Of a stretch of DNA of 27,489 nt, positions 1 to 8,220 are shown in pieces. A program made the position numbers and the translations under genes. The notes beneath the pieces were generated by a model that was given only the letters and a program-made list of their open reading frames with translations, did no database searches and was not told the origin of the DNA. Numbering within the stretch: position 1 is the first letter of the stretch; each line of letters starts with the position of its first letter. Source of the DNA: a virus (taxonomy: Duplodnaviria > Caudoviricetes). The DNA lies in the IMG/VR virus record IMGVR_UViG_3300048834_000123, positions 1 through 27,489 of that record; one strand, 5' to 3'.

Positions 1-708
1 AATGAAACTCTGAAGCAGGAGCGGGCAGCGCGTCTGCAGCTGGAAGAGGAATTGGCTCGGGCAAGAGGCCAGCAGCCAGCACCTGCAGCAGAAAAGCCGG
101 ACGATAAAGCTAAGGCCTATGACTTCGACGCTGCTGAAGATCGCTTTATGGATGCACTGCTGGACGGTGACAAGGAGGCGGCCGCGAAGATCCGGGCCGA
201 GATTCGCGCCGAAGAACGCAAGGAGTTTGCCCAGCAAAGCGCGCAGAGCGCCCAGCAGGCTGCCGACGCCGAGCTGAAGCGCCGCGACGCTGAGTCGGAG
301 CAGTTGGCCGCGCAGAAGGTGCTGACCGCCTCCATCGCCAAGTACCCGTTCCTGAACCATGAAGGCGAAGATGCCGACGCCGACGCGATCGAGGACGTGA
401 TTGCTCGGCGCGACCTGTACCTGAAGCAAGGCATGCCGTTCGCCAAAGCTCTGGCAACTGCCGTCGAGAAGGTGGCGCCGCGCTATGCGCGACAGGAAGA
501 GCAGCCAAAGCCGAGCAAGCAGGCCGCCACCACCGCGCAAATCAACCGCAACCTGGATCGCGAGAAGCGCATCCCGGCGGCCATGCCAGGTGTTGGTGAG
601 CGCGGCAAGGACATTGATTACGCCAAGCTCAGTGAAGACGAGTTCGACGCCCTTCCTGAGCAGGAAAAACGTAAAGCCCGCGGTGATTTTGTGAAAGAAG
701 ATGCTTGA
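1..708 (+). CDS. Putative capsid scaffolding protein, 5'-truncated by the window edge
   Basis: Frame is open from base 1 (NETLKQERAARLQLEEELAR...). The product is acidic, Ala/Glu-rich and helical, with a scaffold-type C-terminus (IDYAKLSEDEFDALPEQEKRKARGD). It lies directly upstream of the major capsid gene. Confidence 0.75.
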   Translation, partial: NETLKQERAARLQLEEELARARGQQPAPAAEKPDDKAKAYDFDAAEDRFMDALLDGDKEAAAKIRAEIRAEERKEFAQQSAQSAQQAADAELKRRDAESEQLAAQKVLTASIAKYPFLNHEGEDADADAIEDVIARRDLYLKQGMPFAKALATAVEKVAPRYARQEEQPKPSKQAATTAQINRNLDREKRIPAAMPGVGERGKDIDYAKLSEDEFDALPEQEKRKARGDFVKEDA

Positions 709-732
709 CGCCATGCGCCAGTGACATAACAA
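704..732 (+). promoter_or_regulatory. Putative late promoter, copy 1 of CTTG-N12-AGTGACATA
   Basis: CTTG at 704-707 and AGTGACATA at 720-728. The same motif and spacing occur at 12382 and 14491. Confidence 0.6.
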
Positions 733-733
733 G

Positions 734-922
734 GCACCCAAGGCCACGGATTGGCTAAGGGTGCTCAGCAGGATCGCCAGCCTCATAGCTGGAATGCACC
801 GCCCGCAGCCCAGCTGCTCGCTCACCGAGTCACGGTGTCCTCGCCGGCAGGGCGTAAAGCTGCAATCGAGTTCCTGGCTCTCTTCAAAAAGCCTGTATTC
901 GCCCGGGTAGGCGACACGACCC
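734..922 (+). ncRNA. Structured 5' leader of the capsid mRNA (hairpins plus possible mini-pseudoknots)
   Basis: Hairpin GCACCC..GGCCA/TGGCT..GGGTGC at 734-764, stems CCAGC/GCTGG and CACCG/CGGTG, and pseudoknot-compatible units at 841-863 and 899-922. Confidence 0.45.
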
Positions 923-958
923 AGACACGACGACTACTAACCGACGAGGAGAACAGCC

Positions 959-2062
959 ATGGCTGTTACCAACTTTGCTCGCTTGAACAGCAAGCAGAAA
1001 ATCGTCTGGTCGCGCGATGTGTGGAGTGCCGCCCGCGATCAGATGTTTGTAAAGAAATTCCTGGGTACCGGCCCTGGCGCAATGATTCAGCGCATCACGG
1101 AGCTGACCAAGACCGAGAAGGGCGAGAAGGTGCTGATGCAGCTTGTTGCCGATCTGGTCGACGACGGCGTGATCGGCGATGACGAGCGCGAAGGCAACGA
1201 AGAAGAAATGCAGAACTTCGAGGTTGAACTCTCGATTGACCTGATTTCTCACCAGGTAAAGAACAAGGGCAAGATGGCGGATCAGAAGACCGTCATCAAT
1301 TTCCGCGAGCAAGCCAAAGACCGCCTGGCCTACTGGCTCGCCAATCGCATTGACCAGCTTGTGTTCCTCACGTTGTCAGGCATTTCGTATGCCTTCCACA
1401 ACAACGGGAAACCCCGTGTTGGCTCCCCGTTCCCATCACTGGCATTCGCTGCCGACGTGTCTGCCCCATCGTCCAAGCGCCATCTGATGTGGAACGGGAC
1501 CAACCTCGTTACCAGCAGCACCGGCAGCATCACCAGCGGCTTCACTGCCAGCTACAAGATGATCGTGGATGCCGTCGCGTATGCGAAGGACCACTACATC
1601 AAGCCGCTGATGGCCGGTGGCAAAGAGTATTACGTGCTCTTTGTGAAGCCGGGCACCCTGGCCCAGCTCAAGAAGGATGCGGACTACCAGCGCGCAGTGG
1701 TCGCCCTGGCGCAGAAGGATGGCGCCAAGAGCCCCTGGTTTACCGGTGGCACCGTGACGATCGACGGCGCTGTGATCCATGAGCACCGTCTGGTGTACAG
1801 CACTACCGGCGCAGCATCGGGCAGCAAGTGGGGCGCTGGCGGCGCTATCGACGGCACTCGCACCCTGCTGTGTGGCGCTCAGGCGCTGGGCATGGCTGAT
1901 CTGGGTGTGCCGGAGTGGGTCGAGAAGAAGTTCGACTACGACTCCAAAGTCGGCGTCAGCATCGACAAGATGTTTGGCCTGCTCAAGCCGAAGTTCTATT
2001 CGATCTACGACGAGTCGGTCGAGGACTTCGGCGTGCTCGCCATCGACCACTTCCTGGGTTAA
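959..2062 (+). CDS. Major capsid protein (N4-gp56 / DUF4043-like, HK97 fold)
   Basis: 367 aa with a GAGGAG RBS. Motifs EREGNEE, INFREQAKDRLAYWLA and LLCGAQALGMAD, plus the C-terminal DFGVLAID, are typical of this capsid family. Confidence 0.9.
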   Translation: MAVTNFARLNSKQKIVWSRDVWSAARDQMFVKKFLGTGPGAMIQRITELTKTEKGEKVLMQLVADLVDDGVIGDDEREGNEEEMQNFEVELSIDLISHQVKNKGKMADQKTVINFREQAKDRLAYWLANRIDQLVFLTLSGISYAFHNNGKPRVGSPFPSLAFAADVSAPSSKRHLMWNGTNLVTSSTGSITSGFTASYKMIVDAVAYAKDHYIKPLMAGGKEYYVLFVKPGTLAQLKKDADYQRAVVALAQKDGAKSPWFTGGTVTIDGAVIHEHRLVYSTTGAASGSKWGAGGAIDGTRTLLCGAQALGMADLGVPEWVEKKFDYDSKVGVSIDKMFGLLKPKFYSIYDESVEDFGVLAIDHFLG

Positions 2063-2120
2063 GCCCGGGGGTTTCTGGAAAAGCTGGTCGGGCATCCCGG
2101 CCGGCAACGAGGATTGAAGC

Positions 2121-2519
2121 ATGACTATCAAACTGAACGATTCGCGCCAGGCCCCGCTGTGGGCCTACGTGGATATCAACCTGGAAGACTTCGCCGACGG
2201 TGCGGTGCAGGACGCTATCGAGCTGCCGGGCGACGCCATTGTGGTGGGCGGCTTTGTACAGCCAATCACCACATTCAACGCGGCCACCACCGCAACGCTG
2301 AAGGTTGGCGATGCCCTGGACGACGACCGCTATACCGCGGCCCCGGCTGACGTGAAAGCGCTGACCTTGGTTCCGTTGAACGTAACTGGCTACCGGATGC
2401 CTGCCATGGGCAAGCTGAAGGTGACCTATGCGTCTACTGGTGCAGCCGCCACCACCGGCAAGTGTCGAGTGGCTGTGAGCTACATCCGCGCCGGCCGCAC
2501 GCAAAGCACTCAGGGCTGA
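2121..2519 (+). CDS. Putative capsid decoration/cement protein
   Basis: 132 aa, beta-rich (LP-x-x-A-I-V, LKVGD), immediately after the capsid gene, with a GAGG RBS. Confidence 0.65.
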   Translation: MTIKLNDSRQAPLWAYVDINLEDFADGAVQDAIELPGDAIVVGGFVQPITTFNAATTATLKVGDALDDDRYTAAPADVKALTLVPLNVTGYRMPAMGKLKVTYASTGAAATTGKCRVAVSYIRAGRTQSTQG

Positions 2520-2527
2520 GTGCGTTA

Positions 2528-2547
2528 AGGCCGGGGTGACCCGGCCT
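2528..2547 (+). terminator. GNRA-capped hairpin (weak terminator or mRNA stabiliser)
   Basis: AGGCCGGG-GTGA-CCCGGCCT forms a perfect 8-bp stem. Only a short U-tract follows (GCATTTAT). Confidence 0.45.
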
Positions 2548-2578
2548 GCATTTATCCAACCGCAAGAGGGGCGTAACA

Positions 2579-2995
2579 ATGAGCAATCAACCGCGTTTTC
2601 TGCCACCTGAAGGCAAACCCGAATTCCACCTGGCCAGCACCGATGGCCATTCCTGCGTGATCTACCAGGTCAGCCCGGAAGACAATAAGCCGGGCACCAT
2701 TATTCCTGAGCGCTTCCGCAAGCTGGCGGTGGGCGAGGGTTGTGGTGTGGTTGGCCTGGACTTCAATGCCAAGGCTGACGCTGGCGCGAACAAGACCGAC
2801 CTGATCGTCGCCGCTATCGGCGCCGTACTGGATCGCCAGCAGGCTGACGAACTGGAAGGCGATGGTCGTCCGAAAGTCGCGGCTGTTGGCAAGCAGGCTG
2901 GCTTTAAGGTCACCAAAACCCAGTTCGATGCGGCTTGGCCGCAGTACGTCGATAGCCTGGGCACTGATGACGACAGCGACGATCAGGACGACTGA
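2579..2995 (+). CDS. Hypothetical phage protein
   Basis: 138 aa with a GAGGGG RBS and acidic tail, located in the head module. The GRPKVAAV..AGFKVT..FDAAW segment looks like a small helical domain. Confidence 0.7.
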   Translation: MSNQPRFLPPEGKPEFHLASTDGHSCVIYQVSPEDNKPGTIIPERFRKLAVGEGCGVVGLDFNAKADAGANKTDLIVAAIGAVLDRQQADELEGDGRPKVAAVGKQAGFKVTKTQFDAAWPQYVDSLGTDDDSDDQDD

Positions 2996-2997
2996 TC

Positions 2998-3642
2998 ATG
3001 GCCTACGAAACCGTCAGCGACCTGATCAAGGCATTCCGCGAAGACGAGCGTGATACTGTGACTCCGTATTTCTGGAGCGACAGCCAGCTTGTGCGGTTTG
3101 CCAATGGGGCGCTGACGGCTTTCGCCGAGAAGACCAAGAGCATCATCGACGACGGCTTCGAGCTGGAGTTCGGCCCGGGCGATGACGTTCTCGATTATCC
3201 CGAGGCAGTCGTCGACGTGATCGACGCCGAGATTGCCGTGGGCGCCAAGAGCTGGCCGATTGACGTGCGCTCGCCGGGCGAGATTCGCCGCTCGCGCATG
3301 CCGAAGAGTGGCAAGGTGTGCCTGGTCCTGGCTGACAGTGCGGTCGGCAAGCTGCGCCTGGTGCCGGCGCCTGCCTCGGCTGGCGTGCTGAGCCTGCAGT
3401 CCGTGCGGCGCCCGCTCAAGGAGCTGAGCAAGGATTCCAAGATCCCCGATGTAAACCCAGCTCACCGCGAGTACCTGCTGCTGCACATGAAGCACCGCGC
3501 CTACAACGTGGCCGATAGCGAACTGTTAAATCCAGCCAAGGCCAACGGATTCATGCTTGAGTTCGACCGCGAGTGCCAGCGCATCTATGAGGATGCCTTG
3601 CGCCGGCGCGGTGGAGCCAGAACCATCCGGTACGGAGGCTGA
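2998..3642 (+). CDS. Putative head-tail adaptor protein
   Basis: 214 aa. The D...PYFWSDSQLVRFAN and IP...HREYLL motifs are typical of podovirus adaptors, and the gene position fits. Confidence 0.7.
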   Translation: MAYETVSDLIKAFREDERDTVTPYFWSDSQLVRFANGALTAFAEKTKSIIDDGFELEFGPGDDVLDYPEAVVDVIDAEIAVGAKSWPIDVRSPGEIRRSRMPKSGKVCLVLADSAVGKLRLVPAPASAGVLSLQSVRRPLKELSKDSKIPDVNPAHREYLLLHMKHRAYNVADSELLNPAKANGFMLEFDRECQRIYEDALRRRGGARTIRYGG

Positions 3643-3643
3643 T

Positions 3644-4834
3644 ATGCAGCCATTAAAAACCGAGTCATGGGCGGGCGGGAGCAATAACGTGGCACCCGTT
3701 GGCAGGCTTCCTGAAGGTTTTGTGCGCTCCGGGATGAATGTGGATTTTCTGCCAGATGGCAAGATCCGCTTGCGCCCTGGGCGCGACCTGATCGCCGGCC
3801 TGACCTCTGCGCGCGCGGCTGAGCAATACGGCGACAACTTGGTGATTGCAGACGGCAATCAGCTGAAACTTTACCGTGAAATTGACTCAACCCTGCTGGA
3901 CCTTGGCCAGATTGCAGGCGCAGGCCAGTTCTGCGGTGCCGAGCTGGCAGGTGAAATGTTCATCTGCACGGCGAATGAGCGCATCCGCCTGCGCGGCGAC
4001 CAACGGCTGGCGTGGGGTATTGACCAGGTACATGCAGCCCTTTCGATTGGTGCGGGCCGGCTTGAGTCCGGCACCTACCGCATTGCGATTACCGGCGTAA
4101 CAGCAGACGGCATTGAGTCCGGTGCCGTGCCCTATGTGGTTCAGTTGCCGGGCGATAGCTCGGTCACTCTTCAGCCGAGTCTGCCGGATGGCGCAGTAGC
4201 TGCGCGTTTGTATGCCACGACAGCCAACGGCGACACTCTGTTTTTGCAGGAAGAGCGTGCAGCAGGTTCTTTTGTACTGGATACGGTGCGTAGCGACACC
4301 GCCAGGCTGATGACTGAGAACCTTGTGCCGCCCCCGCTTGGCGAACAGATGACGGATCACAACGCCCAGCTGCTGATCGTTGTCGGCAATGTCCTGCATT
4401 ACACCGAACCCTACATGCCGCACCTGTGTCATCGCCTGCGCGGACACATCACTTTTCCCGATCCGATCACGGTTGTCGTTTCCGTTGGCAGCGTGGTTTT
4501 CGTGTGCGCCGACAAGACCTATGCAATTCAGGGGCTGGGCACTGCCGAACAGCAAATGCCGTCGCCGCTCGGGATTGGTGGCCTTCGAGGCTCGGGTACT
4601 CGCTTGAAGGACGGCAGCGCCGCCTGGATGACGAAGTACGGCCAGGCGATTGGCGGCAAGGACGGATCTGTTTCGCTGCCGACCAGGGCCAGCTTCGCGC
4701 CGCCTATCTCTGATCGCGCCACCGCAAGTGTCCTCGATCACGAAGGCACCACTTCCATCATCACCACCATGCAGGGGCGGATTGAGCGAAACGGGCTCGG
4801 CCTCAGCGACCACTATGATCTGGAGATCGACTGA
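3644..4834 (+). CDS. Putative tail nozzle / tubular protein (beta-propeller-like)
   Basis: ATG at 3644 follows GGAGG, which fits better than the 3557 start; 396 aa. It begins with W-x-GG-x-NN and NVDF..DGKIRLRPG and follows the adaptor. Confidence 0.6.
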   Translation: MQPLKTESWAGGSNNVAPVGRLPEGFVRSGMNVDFLPDGKIRLRPGRDLIAGLTSARAAEQYGDNLVIADGNQLKLYREIDSTLLDLGQIAGAGQFCGAELAGEMFICTANERIRLRGDQRLAWGIDQVHAALSIGAGRLESGTYRIAITGVTADGIESGAVPYVVQLPGDSSVTLQPSLPDGAVAARLYATTANGDTLFLQEERAAGSFVLDTVRSDTARLMTENLVPPPLGEQMTDHNAQLLIVVGNVLHYTEPYMPHLCHRLRGHITFPDPITVVVSVGSVVFVCADKTYAIQGLGTAEQQMPSPLGIGGLRGSGTRLKDGSAAWMTKYGQAIGGKDGSVSLPTRASFAPPISDRATASVLDHEGTTSIITTMQGRIERNGLGLSDHYDLEID

Positions 4835-5328
4835 TGCTGCGCTATCTCTACGAGTTCGACCTGCTCAACCCGGACGGCAGCCTGGCTGACCAATGGGAGC
4901 AGAAGAACATCATTCCGCAAAACGGGGTGACTTACTTTGCCCAGGCGATGTTTGGCGATACCACGCCTATTGGTACGTTCTACTTCGGGATGTTCCAAAA
5001 CAACTTCGTCCCTGACAGCAATACGGTTGCTGCTGACCTGCCGACCGTTGCCGGCGAGTTCCTCGGATACAACGAAGCAACCAGGCCGCTGTGGAATCGC
5101 GTATTTGACGGCGTTGGCGCAATCAGTAACAGCGCCGCCAGGGCGGAGTTGACGTGCAATGTTGATCAGCGCGTGTACGGCGGCTTCCTTGTGTCCAACT
5201 CAGCCAAGGGCAGCAATACCGGGACACTGATTTCCATCGCCCGGTTCCAGACGCCGCGCGACGTTGTGGCGGGCCAGGTCATTCGCGCCCGCCTGACCCT
5301 TAACCTGATTCCTGCCGAGGTGGTCTGA
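4834..5328 (+). CDS. Putative tail protein
   Basis: 164 aa, TGATG-coupled to the upstream gene, beta-rich. Confidence 0.6.
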   Translation: MLRYLYEFDLLNPDGSLADQWEQKNIIPQNGVTYFAQAMFGDTTPIGTFYFGMFQNNFVPDSNTVAADLPTVAGEFLGYNEATRPLWNRVFDGVGAISNSAARAELTCNVDQRVYGGFLVSNSAKGSNTGTLISIARFQTPRDVVAGQVIRARLTLNLIPAEVV

Positions 5329-5329
5329 C

Positions 5330-5740
5330 ATGCCTATGTCCGCTGTGCTGAGCGAAGACGTGCTCAAGTATTACTTTACGGATGACGCCCCCATTACCCG
5401 ACCTGCAGCTTGGTTTGTGGGCCTCCACACGGCTGCGCCTGGCCGCACGGGCGCCGCAGAGGTTACGGGCGGTGTTGATTCCGCCTATGCGCGCAAGGCC
5501 GTTGCGATGGCCGTGACCGATGCGGAGGCTGACGGCATTTATGAGGCCAAAAATACCGCTGACGTGGTGATGAATGCGGCCGCAGTGGGTGCGAGCTACA
5601 CGGTGACGCATATCTCTATCTGGACTGCTGCAACTGGCGGCACGCTGCTCGGCACGCTGGCCCTGGCGGTGCCGCTACCTACAGTTGCGGGTGCGATCAA
5701 CAGCTTCGCCATTGGCGACATTATTCTGCAGGGGATCTGA
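5330..5740 (+). CDS. Putative tail (fibre-associated) protein
   Basis: 136 aa. The VGLHTA..G...EV....YAR and THISIWTAATGG motifs are seen in small phage tail proteins. Confidence 0.65.
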   Translation: MPMSAVLSEDVLKYYFTDDAPITRPAAWFVGLHTAAPGRTGAAEVTGGVDSAYARKAVAMAVTDAEADGIYEAKNTADVVMNAAAVGASYTVTHISIWTAATGGTLLGTLALAVPLPTVAGAINSFAIGDIILQGI

Positions 5741-5741
5741 C

Positions 5742-6179
5742 ATGGCTAAGTTTTCTACCGGCCTGCGCAACTACGTCCAGGCCACTGGCCCGGTTCGGCA
5801 GGCGCTGGCGAACAGTGTTATTCGGTTGTATTCCGGTGCTGTACCTGCATCAGCAGACTCGGCGCTTGGTGGCGGCAACGTGCTGCTTTGCGAAATCACC
5901 GACGAAGCAGGCAGCTTCAACTTTGACACCGTTGCTTCTGGCGGCGCATTGACAAAGCAGCCTGACGCGCTACTTGAGGGCGAAGTTTTGGCAAGCGGGG
6001 TGGCTACCTTCTATCGGCATGTCCTGCCGGCCGACGTTGGCGCCGCCTCTACCGCGGCAATTCGTATTCAGGGCACCGTCGGGCTTGCAGGCACAGATAT
6101 GGAGCTGAGCAGCACCACTTTAGTTGCCGGCGCTTCTCAGCGGCTCAGCAGTCACACGGTCGTTTTGCTAGAAGAATAG
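5742..6179 (+). CDS. Putative tail protein
   Basis: ATG at 5742 follows GGGGA; 145 aa with IRLYSG..PASAD and GVATFYR..RIQGTVG motifs. Confidence 0.65.
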   Translation: MAKFSTGLRNYVQATGPVRQALANSVIRLYSGAVPASADSALGGGNVLLCEITDEAGSFNFDTVASGGALTKQPDALLEGEVLASGVATFYRHVLPADVGAASTAAIRIQGTVGLAGTDMELSSTTLVAGASQRLSSHTVVLLEE

Positions 6180-6186
6180 GCTCTGC

Positions 6187-8220
6187 GTGGCTAATCGGCT
6201 GCTTAAAACCGCTCTTGTAACATTCGTGCCAGCAAAACCGGGCGTCCCCGCTGTGCCTGGAAGATGGGTCAAGAGTAGTGTGCCGCGTTTAGGCGCCGCT
6301 TCCGACTCGTCCTATATTTATGCGCAAGCGCTGAAGATATACAGCTCGGCGGCATTCGGGAGCTATACGCAGGACATGAAAAGTCCAAGCGCGCAAACCA
6401 GGCAGGCGGCTAACGCATTGTTTGGCAGCATCCTGAACGCAACTGCAGGCTCCGGGCCAACTGCGGGCGGGGGGCTTGGCCCGATTATTGGCACGACGAC
6501 CACATATACATTTGTCCCTGGTACGCCAGGGATAAAAGGTACGCCAGCAAAAATATCGCAAAGCCCGCAAAGCGGGTGGAATGGTGGCGGCCGGTCCATA
6601 CAAAAAATTCAAGTCGATGGGCAGGTTAAGTTTCAGCTCGGGCCAAGAAACATTGGCGCGCTGGTCGGCATTGCAGGGGTTGAAGACTCGGTGCGATTTG
6701 CCGAGGCAACCCACGCGTTTTATCAGAACGATGGCGCATTATTTATCGTTGAGCGTGGCGCACAGGTTATGGCCGTGCCGGGGGTGGACCTTTCAAGCAG
6801 GCCGGTATTCACCATCACCCGCCAGAATAGCGTCGTTACCTACGAGGTAGGCTCGTTCATGCATACCAGCGAGCTGGAAAGCTCTGGTGATGTGTATCTC
6901 GATGCGCTGCTTTACGCCGCAGATGATTATGTCGATAACCCGATTGTGAGTATTTTCCAGCGAGGCGCGGCGAGCGGGCAACTTGAGCTTGCAGGTGGCA
7001 TTGACCATCGCCCACGCGGAGCGACAAAACTGGCTCTTGGCGGCTATGCCGTGATGCGCGCAGATGGTGTGGCGCTTGTAGGCGCTGGCGGGCAGATACT
7101 GTTGGCAGGATCGGCGCATGGGTCAACCAGGAACGCTGGGGCGGCCGCAGGCGCGATAGTGTTGGCTGGCGGCGTACTCGCTCCGGCGTCGCGCTCACTG
7201 GTAAGGCGCCGGGCTGGCAGGATGATTTCCAGCCAGGGTGGATATGCACGATCACTGGCGGCCATGAAAGGCCCGGTCATGGAATCAACAGGCGGCGAGC
7301 CGATTATCTCGATAGGGTCGTCGATTGCCGCTCACGGCGCTGCAGGCGCTGCTTCAAAAGGACTGACTGGTGGAATAGGCGACTCCCTGGCTTCGGCGCG
7401 TGGGTCGGCGTATAGCGTGGGCTGGGAGCTGGCGCCCGACGAGGATACCTGGGGCAGGTCTACTGCAGTTATGGCGGGCCGTTTTGCAATGCTAAGCGCA
7501 GACGACCCTTACAGCCCGCTTGAGTTCGTTATCAACGAAGCACTTGTGCTGGCAGACATTCGGGATAGCGAAAGCATTTTCAACGTCAATATTGCCGAAT
7601 GGCTGGAGCTGGGTGACGAGCTTGTTGCGCTGCTGGTGGAAAACGCGGACATAGCTGAAATGATTTTGCTCGATGACAGCTACCAGGCCGTCTACGACCT
7701 TGATCTTGATCTTGAAGAGCACCTTTACGCATCCGACAGAGCCAATACTGGCTGGGGCGGCTTGCAGATTGGCGTAAACCTCCTCAGCTCGGCCAGCACC
7801 CTGTACCAGGGCTTCGACTTCATCCGCATCGTGAGTACCAGCTACGGCGCTTATGGCGTACGCAGTGACGGCGTTTACAGGATCAGCTCGGGCGGAGGTG
7901 ATGATGGCGTGCCAATTGATGCCGAAATCGACTTCGGGGCCATGAATTTTGGCAACTCCACAACGTCGAGGATCAGCAATGTCTTTCTCGGCTGCGCAAC
8001 CGATGGTGAAGCATACGTCAGGCTGACAGCTGATGATGGCGTAGAGCGCTCATACAAGGTGATTAACCGGCAGCCTGTAATGCGGGCAGACCCGGCTCTA
8101 GGCGTTTCAGGCAGGTCGTGGCGCTTACGCCTGCAGCTTGTCTCAGCCCTTGAGGCTGATCTGGACATGGTTGAAATCGTGACTGCAGCAGGTAGTCGAC
8201 GATCTGGAGCAAGGTTGTGA
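6187..8220 (+). CDS. Putative tail/virion structural protein
   Basis: 677 aa with a GTG start. It has Pro/Gly-rich N-terminal segments, a Gly/Ala-rich middle, an acidic stretch and a beta-rich C-terminus. Confidence 0.65.
   Translation: MANRLLKTALVTFVPAKPGVPAVPGRWVKSSVPRLGAASDSSYIYAQALKIYSSAAFGSYTQDMKSPSAQTRQAANALFGSILNATAGSGPTAGGGLGPIIGTTTTYTFVPGTPGIKGTPAKISQSPQSGWNGGGRSIQKIQVDGQVKFQLGPRNIGALVGIAGVEDSVRFAEATHAFYQNDGALFIVERGAQVMAVPGVDLSSRPVFTITRQNSVVTYEVGSFMHTSELESSGDVYLDALLYAADDYVDNPIVSIFQRGAASGQLELAGGIDHRPRGATKLALGGYAVMRADGVALVGAGGQILLAGSAHGSTRNAGAAAGAIVLAGGVLAPASRSLVRRRAGRMISSQGGYARSLAAMKGPVMESTGGEPIISIGSSIAAHGAAGAASKGLTGGIGDSLASARGSAYSVGWELAPDEDTWGRSTAVMAGRFAMLSADDPYSPLEFVINEALVLADIRDSESIFNVNIAEWLELGDELVALLVENADIAEMILLDDSYQAVYDLDLDLEEHLYASDRANTGWGGLQIGVNLLSSASTLYQGFDFIRIVSTSYGAYGVRSDGVYRISSGGGDDGVPIDAEIDFGAMNFGNSTTSRISNVFLGCATDGEAYVRLTADDGVERSYKVINRQPVMRADPALGVSGRSWRLRLQLVSALEADLDMVEIVTAAGSRRSGARL

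Noticed and set aside
751-1182. 143-aa ORF spanning the capsid leader
   Set aside because: It has a TTG start without a convincing RBS and overlaps the capsid gene out of frame. The region is better explained as a structured leader.
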